DNA of 64,000 nucleotides from Terriglobia bacterium. Lineage in GTDB: Bacteria; Acidobacteriota; Polarisedimenticolia; Polarisedimenticolales; JAIQFR01. The notes beneath the pieces are model-generated. The model did not search any database. It saw only the letters and a list, made by a program, of their open reading frames with translations, and was not told where the DNA came from. Positions 54,579 through 64,000 of this stretch are shown here, piece by piece. How positions within the stretch are numbered: position 1 is the stretch's first letter; every line of letters begins with the position of its first letter. Location: assembly GCA_963748015.1 (NCBI GenBank), contig CAVVHE010000008.1, positions 736,001-800,000 on the forward strand, written 5' to 3'. The position numbers and the translations under genes are program-made.

Positions 54579-57500
54579 TCAGTCCCGCGGTCGCTCCGGC
54601 TTCTTCGCGAGCGCGAGGTAGACCGCCGGCACGGCGTAGAGCGTCACCAGCGTCGAGAAGAACAGCCCGCCGATGACGGCGAGGGCGAGGGGCTTCTGCA
54701 GCTCCGCTCCTGCGCCGAGGCCGAGGGCCAGCGGGAGCAAGCCGAACAGGGTACAGAGCGTCGTCATCAGGATCGGACGCAGCCGGACGCACGCCGCCTC
54801 GATCACGGCGTCGCGCAGTGTCGCCCCCTGCGCGTGCAGGCGGTGGGCATAGTCGAGCAACACGATCCCGTTCTTGACGACGAGGCCGACGAGCAGGATC
54901 AGCCCCATCGCCGACGACACGTTCAGCTCGGTCCCCGTGACCCAGAGCAGCAGGAAGGCCCCGCCGAACGACAGCGGCGCGGCCGCGAGGATCACGAGCG
55001 AGGGCAGGAACGCGCGGAACTGGAACACCAGGATCATCAGGACGAGCGAGGCCGCGGCGCCGAGAACGAGCAGGAGCTGCCCGAACGCCTGGCGCTGGGA
55101 CTCGTACTGGCCTCCCACCTCGAGGATGTAGCCCACCGGCAGCTTGAGGTCCGCGAGCTTCGACCGGATCTCGGCGACCGCGCCGCCGAGGTCCCGGTCC
55201 TCGAGGCGGGCCGTCAGCAGCGCCATCTGGCGCAGGTTCTCGCGCGTCAGGACCGACTGGCCGTTCGTGCCGATGGGCCGTGCGAGGCTCCCGATCGGGA
55301 CGATCCTGCCGTCGGCGGCGCGGATCGGCGTCCTCGCGAGCCGCGACGCGTCGAAGCGGTCGGCGTCCGGGTATCGCACGCGGACCGGCACCGTGCGATC
55401 GAGGAGCCGTAGATCGGTGGCGACCTCGCCGAGCCACGCCGAGGAAAGCTGCGACGACACCTGGTCGAGCGTCAGCCCCATCCTCCCCGCCGCCGCGAGA
55501 TCGAGGTTCCAGGTGACCTCCGGATTCCCCCGCTGCGGACCGACGATGTCCACGACCCCATGGACCCCCGACAGGATCGGCTCGACATCGGCGGCGACCT
55601 TCTCCAGCACGTCCGGGTCGTCGCCGAAGATCTTGACCTCGATCGGGGTCGGCGCCCCCTCGAGGTCGCCGATCATGTCTTGCAGCAGCTGGACGAACTC
55701 CGTCTCGGCGCCGGGGGCCGCCTCGCGGATCCTCGGCCGCATGTCGGCGATGATCTCCTCGGCGGAGCGGGAGCGCTGGGATCGGGGCTTCAGGCGAACC
55801 AGGACGTCGCCGGTGTTCTGCTCGGTCGCGAAGATCCCGAGCTCGGTCCCTGTCCGCCGGGTGAACGACGCGACCTCCGGCGTGCCCTTCAGGACCTCTT
55901 CGATCTTGCGGATGGTCTTGTCGGTCTCCTCCAGTGCGGTCCCGGAAGGGGTGATGTAGTCGAGAACGAAGCCCCCCTCGTCCATCTTCGGCAGGAAGCC
56001 GGACGGGATCACGAAGTAGAGGAGCCCTCCCAGGAGGCCGAGGCCGACCGCCGCGAGGAGGGCGAGACGAGGGCGGTCCACCGCGGCCAGGAGCGACCGC
56101 GCGTAGAGCGACGGCCGGCCGCGGGGCGGTGTCGCGTGCGCCTCGCCGGAGCGGCGCGTCGCCCAGCCGGACAGGAGCGGGATCAGGGTCAGCGCCAGGA
56201 CGAGCGAGACGAGAACCGAGACCGTGAGGGTCAGGGAGAGGGCGCGGAAGAACTGGCCGACGACTCCCGAGAGGAGCCCCAGGGGGACGAAGACCACCAC
56301 CGAGGTGAGGGTGGAACCGACGACCGGGGCCACCAGCTCCGACGTCGCCGTCTCCACAGCGTCGCGGCCCAGGCCGGCCCGCGTCTTACGGTGGATGTTC
56401 TCGACGATGACCACCGCGTCGTCTATGACGAGGCCGATCGCGACCGCGAGGCCACCCATGGACATGAGGTTGATGGACGCACCGAAGGCCAGCATCAACA
56501 GGAACGTGGCGAGGACGGTGATCGGCAGCGTCAGCGAGGCGATCACGGTCATGCGGACGTTCCGCAGGAACACCACGAGGACGAGGATTGCGAGAATTCC
56601 GCCGACGAGGATCGCGTCGCGGACGTTCGCGATCGACGTCGCGACGAACTCGGCGAGGTCGTACACCTTGGTGATCCTGAGTCCCGAGGGAAGCGCCTTG
56701 CCGAGCCCGCGCACCACGTCCTCGACCGCGGCCTTCAGGTTCAGGATGTTCGCCTCGGGTTGCTGGGAGATGCTGACGACGGCGGCGTCCTGCCCGTTCC
56801 CGGTGACGAGGAGGGTCCGGTCCGGCGCGCCGGGGAAGACCGTGGCGACGTCGCCCAGACGCACGACCGACCCATTGCGAAGCACGAGAGGGGTGTTCTC
56901 GATGTCCCGCGCCGACGTCCAGAGTCCCGACACGAGCGCCAGGTGCTGCTGCCCGTTCTGCGGGTACCGGCCGACCGGGACGAGTTGGTTCGTCTGGCGC
57001 AGCGCCTCGCTCACGTCCGGGACGGTGAGCCCCGCGGCGAACGCTCTCTGGGGGTCGACGACGACTTCGATCTCGCGCGTGTCGCTCGCGAGCACTTCGA
57101 CCCGTCCGATGCCGCGCACGCGGGCGAGGGCGGGACGCACCACGTAGAACGCGTAGTCGCGCAGGTCGGCGATCGGCAGGCCCCCGGTGAGGTTGTAGCT
57201 CAGCACCGGGAACGACGCGGGCATGATCCGCTCGACGGCCACGTCGAGATCCGGGGGGAGCGACGACCTTACGGCGGCGATGCGGGATTCCGTCTGCTGC
57301 TGCGCCGTGACCATGTCGGTCGTGTCCTCGAACTGCGCCGAGATCTCGGTGGTTCCCCGGAAGGTCTTCGAGCGCACCCTCCGGATCCCCGGGACCTCCA
57401 TGACCGCCTGCTCGAGCGGCCGTGTCACGGTCAGCGTCATGGAGCGGGCCGGCAGCGTCCCGCTGCGGGCGATCACCACGATGCGGGGGAACCGAAGCGC

Positions 57501-57614
57501 CGGGTAGATCCCGCTGGGGAGGAAGAAGATCGCGGCGGCGCCCCCGAGGCAAAGCAGCGCCGTCACCAGGAGGACCGCGCGACCTTGCCGGGCCGCGAAG
57601 CGGGCGGGGTTCAT
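54579..57614 (-). CDS. RND efflux transporter permease subunit (AcrB/CzcA-like)
   Basis: NLMSMGGLAVAIGLVIDDAVVIVEN, GLVVKNGIVL, RLRPILMTT and PLALAVIGGL motifs. Confidence 0.93.
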   Translation of the reverse strand: MNPARFAARQGRAVLLVTALLCLGGAAAIFFLPSGIYPALRFPRIVVIARSGTLPARSMTLTVTRPLEQAVMEVPGIRRVRSKTFRGTTEISAQFEDTTDMVTAQQQTESRIAAVRSSLPPDLDVAVERIMPASFPVLSYNLTGGLPIADLRDYAFYVVRPALARVRGIGRVEVLASDTREIEVVVDPQRAFAAGLTVPDVSEALRQTNQLVPVGRYPQNGQQHLALVSGLWTSARDIENTPLVLRNGSVVRLGDVATVFPGAPDRTLLVTGNGQDAAVVSISQQPEANILNLKAAVEDVVRGLGKALPSGLRITKVYDLAEFVATSIANVRDAILVGGILAILVLVVFLRNVRMTVIASLTLPITVLATFLLMLAFGASINLMSMGGLAVAIGLVIDDAVVIVENIHRKTRAGLGRDAVETATSELVAPVVGSTLTSVVVFVPLGLLSGVVGQFFRALSLTLTVSVLVSLVLALTLIPLLSGWATRRSGEAHATPPRGRPSLYARSLLAAVDRPRLALLAAVGLGLLGGLLYFVIPSGFLPKMDEGGFVLDYITPSGTALEETDKTIRKIEEVLKGTPEVASFTRRTGTELGIFATEQNTGDVLVRLKPRSQRSRSAEEIIADMRPRIREAAPGAETEFVQLLQDMIGDLEGAPTPIEVKIFGDDPDVLEKVAADVEPILSGVHGVVDIVGPQRGNPEVTWNLDLAAAGRMGLTLDQVSSQLSSAWLGEVATDLRLLDRTVPVRVRYPDADRFDASRLARTPIRAADGRIVPIGSLARPIGTNGQSVLTRENLRQMALLTARLEDRDLGGAVAEIRSKLADLKLPVGYILEVGGQYESQRQAFGQLLLVLGAAASLVLMILVFQFRAFLPSLVILAAAPLSFGGAFLLLWVTGTELNVSSAMGLILLVGLVVKNGIVLLDYAHRLHAQGATLRDAVIEAACVRLRPILMTTLCTLFGLLPLALGLGAGAELQKPLALAVIGGLFFSTLVTLYAVPAVYLALAKKPERPRD

Positions 57615-58729
57615 GAGCGGACCAGCACCGCGGCGCCGTCGGGCAGGGCGTTCTGCCCCTCCACGACGACGCGCTCCCCGGCGGCGATCCCCGAGAGGAT
57701 CTCGGCGTCCGCTCCGGCGGAGAGCCCGACCTCGACCTTCTTCCGGTGCGCCTTGCCCCCGGCATCCACCACGTACACGAAGACCTCCTCGCCTTCCCTC
57801 ACGAGGGCGGCGGAGGGGACCAGGATGGCGTCGGCGTGCTCCTCCGCGACGATCTCGACCGAGACCGGTGTTCCCGCAGGGAGCCGTGACGGCACGGCGA
57901 AGTCGAGACGGACGACCGCGGTCGCGGTCGTGGGGTCCACGGAGGCGGGCAGGCTGCGAATGCGAGCCTCCTCCGGCGGGTAGCTCGCCGGTCCGACTAC
58001 CCGTGCGGAACGCCCCGCGGTTAGGGAGGGGAGGTCGGCAACGGGCACCGTGGCCTCGACCTGCATGCGGTCGGGATCGATGACTCGCAGTACCGGCTCG
58101 GCGGCCGAAGCGTCCACGAAGTCGCCCGGGTTGTGCGTCCGCGAGACGACGATTCCTGCAAAGGGGGCGCGCACGGCCTCGCGCCCCGCGAGGAGGGCCG
58201 TGGCCGTCCGTCCGGCCTTCGACTCGGAAACCGCCGCCTCGGCCTCCGCCACCTCGCGCTTGGCGTCCTCGACCTCTTTCCGCGCGGCGATCCCGCGGTC
58301 GAACAGTCCCTCGACCCGCGTCAGGGAGGCCTGGGCGTTCGCGAGCCGCGCATCGGCCCGCCTCAGGTCCGATTCCCCCGTCGAGGCTTCCGCGTCGAGC
58401 GACGGGATCTCGAAGCGTACGAGAAGATCTCCCTTGGCGACCCGGTCGCCCGCCGCGCGCGGCAGCTCGGCGATGCGCGCCGGTCCCGGGGCAACGACGA
58501 GCAGCTCGGCGCCGGGCGCGGGTCTGACGACCCCCGTCACGCTCACCACGGAGCGGGCGGGGCCGCGCCGCGCCGCCTGCACGGCCACGGGCACCTTGTC
58601 GGACGTCTCGAACTCCTCCGTAGAGCCGCCACCACAGCCAGAGGCCGCGAGGGCGCAGAGGAGGAGCGGCAGGATCGTCCCGGCGCGCGCGCCGGGGAGG
58701 CGGGAGGAACGGACGGGTCGTCGCATCAT
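57611..58729 (-). CDS. RND efflux periplasmic adaptor (MFP), lipoprotein
   Basis: Lipobox ASGC, GDRVAKGDLL, VRAPFAG, VDPTT and GERVVVEG motifs. Confidence 0.9.
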   Translation of the reverse strand: MMRRPVRSSRLPGARAGTILPLLLCALAASGCGGGSTEEFETSDKVPVAVQAARRGPARSVVSVTGVVRPAPGAELLVVAPGPARIAELPRAAGDRVAKGDLLVRFEIPSLDAEASTGESDLRRADARLANAQASLTRVEGLFDRGIAARKEVEDAKREVAEAEAAVSESKAGRTATALLAGREAVRAPFAGIVVSRTHNPGDFVDASAAEPVLRVIDPDRMQVEATVPVADLPSLTAGRSARVVGPASYPPEEARIRSLPASVDPTTATAVVRLDFAVPSRLPAGTPVSVEIVAEEHADAILVPSAALVREGEEVFVYVVDAGGKAHRKKVEVGLSAGADAEILSGIAAGERVVVEGQNALPDGAAVLVRS

Positions 58730-60021
58730 GGCAGCGGCACTCCGATCGCGCGCTCGAGCTCCGCAACGGCGATCTGGTAGTCGAGACCGGCCTGGATCGC
58801 CTTTCTTCTGAGATCCCTGATGGCCTGGAACGCCTGGATCATCGCGACCAAGCCGGTCTGGCCGGAGCGGTACGAGTCCTCGGCCATCCGCTGGACCTCG
58901 TCGGCCCGCGGGAGGACGCGCTCGCGGTAGCGCAGGTACTGCTCCCGCTGCGCGGAGGCGAGCGCGGCGGCCGCGAACGCGGCTCCGCGAATCCTCGACA
59001 CGACCGCCTCCCGCTCGGCGCGCAGCTGGGCGAGGGCGGATTCCTCGACGCGGACCTCGGCGCCCCGGTGATGAAAGAGCGGCACGTTCACGACGAGTGC
59101 GGCGCGCCAGCCCCACTCGAACTCCGGCGGCGAGTCGTGGGTGGCGCTTCCCTCGAGGGTGACGTCGGGCCAGCGCTGCGCCCGGGCGAGATCGAGGCGC
59201 GCCGACTCCTCGAGGAGGCGCCCGTCGAGCACCGCGAGCGTGGCGCTCGAGGCGAGAGCCATACCCGCCGCGGCCTCCGCCGAGGGGACCTCTCCCGAGC
59301 CGAGGTCGCCCGCCGCCTCGGTGGCCTGATCGGGAGGGCGCGCGAGCAGGACGTTCAACGCGGCCCGCGCGGAGATCGTATCCGCCCTGGCCGCCAAGGC
59401 CTCGTTGTCCGCCTGTTCCGCGCCCAGCTCGGCGGAGAGCGCCTCGAGGCGCGGAGCCGCCCCGGACTCGAAGCGGTCCTTCGCGGCGTCTCGCGCCCGC
59501 TGCGCGAGCCGGGCGAGCTCCTCCGCCTCGTCCGCGCGCCGCTGCGCCGCGCAGAGTCCGAAGTAGGCCCGCCGCAGCTCGTTTCGGAGGGAGAGAACGG
59601 TCTCCGCCAGCTCGGCCTCGCCGGTCTTGACCCCGGCTTCCGCGACGCCGATGCGCCGCGACCGCTTCCCCGCCGTCTCGATCGGCAGCGAGAGCGTGAT
59701 GGCGTCGTGCGGCATCTCCTTCTGCGTCTCGAGGATCAGATCGGGATTGGGCCGCTGCTTCGCGACGCCGATTCCCGCCGCCGCAACCGGCAGCCTGAGC
59801 CGGGCCGCGGCGAGGGAAGGGTTGACGGTCATCGCCAGGCCGACCGCCTGCTCGAAAGTGAGCGCGGCGTCGTCGGCTGCCGCCGGGGCGGGGGTCTGGC
59901 CGGCCCCCGCTGCGGAGCCGGCGAGGAACGCGGTGGCGAGCAGTGCCATTCCGAGCGGCCGAAAGGCCCTCCCGGGCGAGCTCCTCGCGGCGCGGGGCGA
60001 GACGCTCACGCGGGAGGGCAC
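58726..60021 (-). CDS. TolC family outer-membrane efflux protein
   Basis: LTFEQAV..A...NP.L, PNP.L, LPIETAGKR, RFESG and YRSG motifs. Start uncertain (GTG 60021 or ATG 59949). Confidence 0.88.
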   Translation of the reverse strand: MPSRVSVSPRAARSSPGRAFRPLGMALLATAFLAGSAAGAGQTPAPAAADDAALTFEQAVGLAMTVNPSLAAARLRLPVAAAGIGVAKQRPNPDLILETQKEMPHDAITLSLPIETAGKRSRRIGVAEAGVKTGEAELAETVLSLRNELRRAYFGLCAAQRRADEAEELARLAQRARDAAKDRFESGAAPRLEALSAELGAEQADNEALAARADTISARAALNVLLARPPDQATEAAGDLGSGEVPSAEAAAGMALASSATLAVLDGRLLEESARLDLARAQRWPDVTLEGSATHDSPPEFEWGWRAALVVNVPLFHHRGAEVRVEESALAQLRAEREAVVSRIRGAAFAAAALASAQREQYLRYRERVLPRADEVQRMAEDSYRSGQTGLVAMIQAFQAIRDLRRKAIQAGLDYQIAVAELERAIGVPLP

Positions 60022-60037
60022 CGTGCCTCTCCCCGCC

Positions 60038-61312
60038 TCAGATCGTTGTCCCGTCGGGGATGACGGCATTCTTCGACACGACCACGATGCCGTCCCGGAT
60101 CGCCCATCCCGGCCCTTCGGCCTCGGCGACCTTGTCCTGGTTGACGATCCGGACGTTCCTGCCGATCCGCGCGTTCTTGTCCACGATCGCGTCCTGGATC
60201 AGCGTGCCCTCCCCGATGCCGAGGGGCGGCGCGCCCTTGGGACCGTCGGGCGGGTTGGGGTCGGCCCCCATGACCAGCGACCTGCGCGCCGTGACGCGGT
60301 GCAGCACGGACCTCACGCCGATGATCGAGTCCTCGATCGTCGAGTCGAGCACCGTGCTCCCCTCCGAGAGGACCGCGCGGTTGAACCGGGTCCCGCTCAC
60401 CCACGCTCCGGGCAGGTAGCGGGGGTGCGTGTAGATCGGCCACTCGGAGTCGCCGAAGAGGAACGGCGGGTTCGGGCGCACGAGGTCGAGGTGCGCCTCG
60501 TAGAACGCGCGAATCGTGCCGATGTCGCGCCAGTAGCCGTCGAAGAGATGCGCGTGGACCCTGCGCTGCTCGACCGCCGCCGGGATGACGTCCCGGCCGA
60601 AGTCCTGCAGGCGGTTCTCGAGGGTCTCGACCAGGACTTCCTTGTTGAAAAGGTAGATCCCCATCGAGGCGAGGTAGGGGCGCTCCCGGCCGATGCCCCG
60701 CCGCGCGAGCAGCTCGGGCGAGGCCTCCATTCCGGCCCGGGCCTCCTCGGTCGCCGGCTTCTCGCGGAACTCCAGCACGCGACCGTCCGGGGCGACGCGC
60801 ACGGCTCCGAAGCCGGCGATCTCCGCCTCGGTGCAGGGGGAAACCGACAGCGTCACCTCCGCGCCGTGCTCGAGGTGCTCCCGCAGGAGGTCCCTGTAGT
60901 CCATCCGGTAGATGTGGTCGCCGGCCAGGACGAGGACCAGGTCGCCCCGGAGCTCGGTCACGATCCTGAGGTTCTGCCGCACCGCGTCGGCGGTCCCCTG
61001 GAACCACGTGTCGTCCTCGGGGGTCTGCTGCGCCGCGAGGATCTGCACGAAGCCGCGGGAGAACGGGTCGAACTTGTACGTGAGCACGATGTGGCGGTGG
61101 AGGGAGATCGAGTTGTACTGCGTCAGCACGAAGATCCCCTCCATGCCGGAGTGGATCGAGTTGCTGATCGGGATGTCGATGAGGCGGTACTTCCCCGCGA
61201 TCGGCACGGCGGGCTTGCTTCGGAGCCGCGTCAGCGGGTCGAGGCGCGCGCCGCGCCCGCCGCCGAGGATCACGGTGATGACGTCGCTCTCCCTGCCCGT
61301 CACGCTGCTCAT
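60038..61312 (-). CDS. glgC: Glucose-1-phosphate adenylyltransferase
   Basis: ILGGGRG.RL.PLT..RSKPAVP, WFQGTADAVRQ, GDHIYRMDY, FREKP, ASMGIY and YWRDIGT motifs. Confidence 0.96.
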   Translation of the reverse strand: MSSVTGRESDVITVILGGGRGARLDPLTRLRSKPAVPIAGKYRLIDIPISNSIHSGMEGIFVLTQYNSISLHRHIVLTYKFDPFSRGFVQILAAQQTPEDDTWFQGTADAVRQNLRIVTELRGDLVLVLAGDHIYRMDYRDLLREHLEHGAEVTLSVSPCTEAEIAGFGAVRVAPDGRVLEFREKPATEEARAGMEASPELLARRGIGRERPYLASMGIYLFNKEVLVETLENRLQDFGRDVIPAAVEQRRVHAHLFDGYWRDIGTIRAFYEAHLDLVRPNPPFLFGDSEWPIYTHPRYLPGAWVSGTRFNRAVLSEGSTVLDSTIEDSIIGVRSVLHRVTARRSLVMGADPNPPDGPKGAPPLGIGEGTLIQDAIVDKNARIGRNVRIVNQDKVAEAEGPGWAIRDGIVVVSKNAVIPDGTTI

Positions 61313-61325
61313 GCCGACTCCTCTG

Positions 61326-61928
61326 TCAGATCCGCATCGTCCCGGTGGACAGCCGCTTCCAGCACGCCGGGCAGTAGTGCTCTCCCTTGCGGTCCAGGTC
61401 CCCCACCGCCTGCGTCGGCGCCATGGCGCAACCGGGGTCCCCGCATTCCCTGAGGCCGTGGATCGTGCCGACCGCCCGCAGGAGCTCCTTGACCAGGCGC
61501 GCGCGCTGCCTCGCCGGATCGGGCTTCCTGCGGTAGAACGCCTCGCGAAGCCGCCGAACCGACACGATCGCGAGCCGGTGCGGCGCGTCCGTCTCCAGCA
61601 TTGCCGACGCCGTTCCCGGAGAGAAGAGGTCGAGGTCGGTGACGAGGACGAAGGCGTCGGGACGGGGGATCGGGCCCGGGGGACTTCCCGCGGGGCTTCC
61701 CGCGAGCTTCCTCGCCTTGAGCAGCGGCAGCGCCGCGCGCGCCTCGGCGAGGATCGCCGCGGCGCGAAACTGCCCGCGCGCCACGTCCTCGGCCGCCTTG
61801 GGGTGCGCGAGGGGCTCGCGAAGCTCGACCGGCTTCGCGATCGCCTTGGAGACGCGGGCGGCGGCTTCGTCCACTTCGGCCGCGTCCATCTTTCCGACGG
61901 GCACCAGCGCGACCTTGAGCTCGGACAC
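61326..61928 (-). CDS. Archaemetzincin (peptidase M54)-like protein lacking the catalytic zinc motif
   Basis: RGQFRA, VTDLDLF, AIVSVRRL, RLVKE and the Cys pattern ECGDPGCAM..DLDRK..YCPAC. The HExxHxxGxxH position reads RAVGTIHGLRE. Confidence 0.75.
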   Translation of the reverse strand: MSELKVALVPVGKMDAAEVDEAAARVSKAIAKPVELREPLAHPKAAEDVARGQFRAAAILAEARAALPLLKARKLAGSPAGSPPGPIPRPDAFVLVTDLDLFSPGTASAMLETDAPHRLAIVSVRRLREAFYRRKPDPARQRARLVKELLRAVGTIHGLRECGDPGCAMAPTQAVGDLDRKGEHYCPACWKRLSTGTMRI

Positions 61929-61989
61929 GCTTCACCTCCGGGAGCGTCACTCTACGCCGGAGGGCGGGGCTAGTCCACACCCGCCCGTC

Positions 61990-62073
61990 TTGCCGAGCCG
62001 GATGCCTGCCGTGGGGTTCGACCCGAAGCGTGCCGCGCGGGTCGAACCCCGCGGCAGGCATCCGGCTCGGCAA
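61990..62073. repeat. 36-bp inverted repeat (one G-T mismatch) with a 12-nt loop
   Basis: 61990-62025 pairs with 62038-62073. Shares TCGACCCGAAGCG and GCCGCGCGGGTCGA with the element at 23643-23805. Confidence 0.9.
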
Positions 62074-62144
62074 TCAAAAGACGAGCGCCGGGCGGCGGGG
62101 CTCGTCGCCCTGCCGGCCCGGCGCCATGAAACGCGGAAGGAGGA

Positions 62145-63470
62145 TCAGGCCTTCTTGATCTCCGCCTTGATCCACTCGGTCGTGACGCTCTTCGGCCGCT
62201 CGATCGGGAGGGCCAGGGCGCGGTCCCACACCAGCGACGCCAGCACGCCCATCGCGCGGGAGACGCCGAACAGCACGGTGTAGAAGTCGTACTCCTTGAC
62301 GCCGTAGTACACCAGGAGCACGCCGGAGTGCGCGTCCACGTTCGGCCACGGGTTCTTGGCCTTGCCGTGCTTCATGAGGATGTCGGGAGCGACGTCGAAG
62401 ATCATCTTCACGATCTTGAAGTTCTCGTCGTTGGGCATGTACTTGAGCGCGAACTGCTGCTGCGCGGTGTAGCGCGGGTCGGTCTTCCGCAGCACGGCGT
62501 GGCCGTAGCCGGGGATGACCTGGCCGCTGTTCAGCGTGTCCCACAGGAACTTCACGAGCTCTTCCTGCGTCGGGACGCCGCCGCCGAGCTTCGCCTTGAC
62601 GTCCATGATCCAGCGGAGCACTTCCTGGTTGGCGAGGCCGTGGAGCGGCCCGGCCAGCCCGTTGATCCCCGCCGACAGCGAGTAGAACGGGTCGGAGAGC
62701 GCGGAACCGACGAGGTGGGTCGTGTGCGCGCTGACGTTCCCGCCCTCGTGGTCGGCGTGGATCGTCAGGTAGAGCCGCATCAGCTCCATGAACTCGGGGT
62801 TCTCGACCCCCATCATGTGGGCCAGGTTGGCGCCCCAGTCCAGGCTCTTCGGCCCGGCGGGGATGTGCTTTCCGCCGTGATACGAGCGCCGGTAGACGTA
62901 CGCGGCCAGCGGCGGGAGCTTTGCCAGGAGATTGATCGAGTCGTCGAGGGTCGCTTCCCAGTATGCGCCCTTGGGCATTCCCTCGCGGTAGCGCTGCGCG
63001 AAGACCGACTCGCGCTGCATCGCGAGAATCCCCATCGAGAACTGGGTCATCGGGTGAGTGTCGGTCGGCATCGCGTCGAGCATCTTGGTCACGTACGGCG
63101 GCAGGGCCTCGGCCGCGCGCCACGCCGCCGAGATCTCCGCCACGTCGGCGTCCGTGGGAAGGTCGCCGGTCAGGACCAGGTAGAACAGCCCCTCGGGAAG
63201 CGGCGCCTCGCCGCCCTTCGCCCGCGGGAGCTTCTCCTGCAGCTCGGGGATGCTGAAGCCGCGGAACCGGATCCCCTCCATCGGGTCGAGGGCCGAGGTC
63301 TCGGTCACGAGGCACTTCACGCTCCGCGCGCCACCGTATGCCTGGGCGATCGTGACGTCGGAGATCTTCTTCTCGCCGTGATCCTTGAGGATCGCCTTCA
63401 CCTCGCTCTGCATCGTCGCGACTTTCGCGGCGAGCTTCTGCTTCATGGCGGCCAGAGGTTGCGCGCTCAT
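62145..63470 (-). CDS. gltA: Citrate synthase, eukaryotic/Geobacter type
   Basis: ETSALDP.EGIRFRG, HADHEGGNVSAHTTHLVGSALSDP, GLAGPLHGLANQEV, PGYGHAVLRKTDPRY and NPWPNVDAHSG motifs. AGGAGG RBS. Confidence 0.95.
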   Translation of the reverse strand: MSAQPLAAMKQKLAAKVATMQSEVKAILKDHGEKKISDVTIAQAYGGARSVKCLVTETSALDPMEGIRFRGFSIPELQEKLPRAKGGEAPLPEGLFYLVLTGDLPTDADVAEISAAWRAAEALPPYVTKMLDAMPTDTHPMTQFSMGILAMQRESVFAQRYREGMPKGAYWEATLDDSINLLAKLPPLAAYVYRRSYHGGKHIPAGPKSLDWGANLAHMMGVENPEFMELMRLYLTIHADHEGGNVSAHTTHLVGSALSDPFYSLSAGINGLAGPLHGLANQEVLRWIMDVKAKLGGGVPTQEELVKFLWDTLNSGQVIPGYGHAVLRKTDPRYTAQQQFALKYMPNDENFKIVKMIFDVAPDILMKHGKAKNPWPNVDAHSGVLLVYYGVKEYDFYTVLFGVSRAMGVLASLVWDRALALPIERPKSVTTEWIKAEIKKA

Positions 63471-63672
63471 CGGTCTTCCTCCTTGCTTCGTTGGGTCGGT
63501 TCCCGGCATGTCGAACGAAAAGCGATCAGGTCCGACGAGTGTAAAGAAGCGCGTTGCATCTGTCAACGATCGGCGCGCCCCTTTTCGCAGGAGGATTAGT
63601 CGTTTTTCAACAGTCTTGGGAGTTTGACGAGCCTTAGACGCCGGTATCCGGCGCGGGTCCCGGCACGCGAGG

Positions 63673-64000
63673 TTAGAGACCCAGAATGGACGCTTTCCCG
63701 TGGTAGAAAACGCCTGCGATCGCTCCGGTCATCAGCGTGGCGATCGTCGCGGCGACCAGCGCCTTGAGGCCGACGGCGGCCAGGTCGCCGCGACGCGAGG
63801 GGGCGAGGGCGGCCGTCCCTCCCACGAAGATGCCGATGGAGGCCACGTGGGCGAACCCGCATAGGGCGTAGGAGAGCACCACGAGACCCCTGGGGGAGAT
63901 CGCGCGCGACGCGGCCAGCTCGCCGAGGTGCCGGTACGCGACCACCTCGGTCAGCACCGCCCGCTCCCCGAGCAGCCGCGCGGCGCTCCCCAGATCGCCC
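63673..64000 (-). CDS. C-terminal part of a concentrative nucleoside transporter (NupC/CNT family)
   Basis: [21 protein letters not shown]...LAP.RR and [10 protein letters not shown] motifs. Truncated by the window edge. Confidence 0.85.
   Translation of the reverse strand, partial: GDLGSAARLLGERAVLTEVVAYRHLGELAASRAISPRGLVVLSYALCGFAHVASIGIFVGGTAALAPSRRGDLAAVGLKALVAATIATLMTGAIAGVFYHGKASILGL

Overview
High-GC (~70%) bacterial chromosomal window. By gene content it is probably from an Acidobacteriota-type organism (inference only). Scattered single-base indels, including in normally conserved genes (uvrA, panB, deoxynucleoside kinase), suggest an imperfectly polished long-read assembly. The backbone is housekeeping: hemL, efp, pcrA/uvrD, glmS, glmU, folK, panBCD, tldD/pmbA, coaE, folD, uvrA, pstSCA plus a porin, an RND-MFP-TolC pump, glgC, a eukaryotic-type citrate synthase and a partial NupC. 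Two accessory inserts are each bracketed by a diverged duplicate of a housekeeping gene's 3' end, and neither carries an intact integrase. The first is a ~16.6-kb island (2.4-19.0 kb) between the intact efp/TMTC-like genes and a decayed copy of their 3' ends. It holds an ECF sigma/WD40-kinase pair, large secreted repeat proteins, lipoproteins, and GIY-YIG and transposase relics. The second is a ~1.2-kb single-gene insert between uvrA and a 360-bp copy of the uvrA 3' end. Other notable signals are two long palindromes with a shared loop-proximal core but different arms, a ~90-100 aa module shared by three unrelated secreted proteins, an archaemetzincin homologue lacking its catalytic zinc motif, an octaheme HAO-family cytochrome and an EF-P with a PGNWR loop. 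No CRISPR array, rRNA, intact tRNA or reverse transcriptase was seen. All calls come from manual motif reading; no searches were run.
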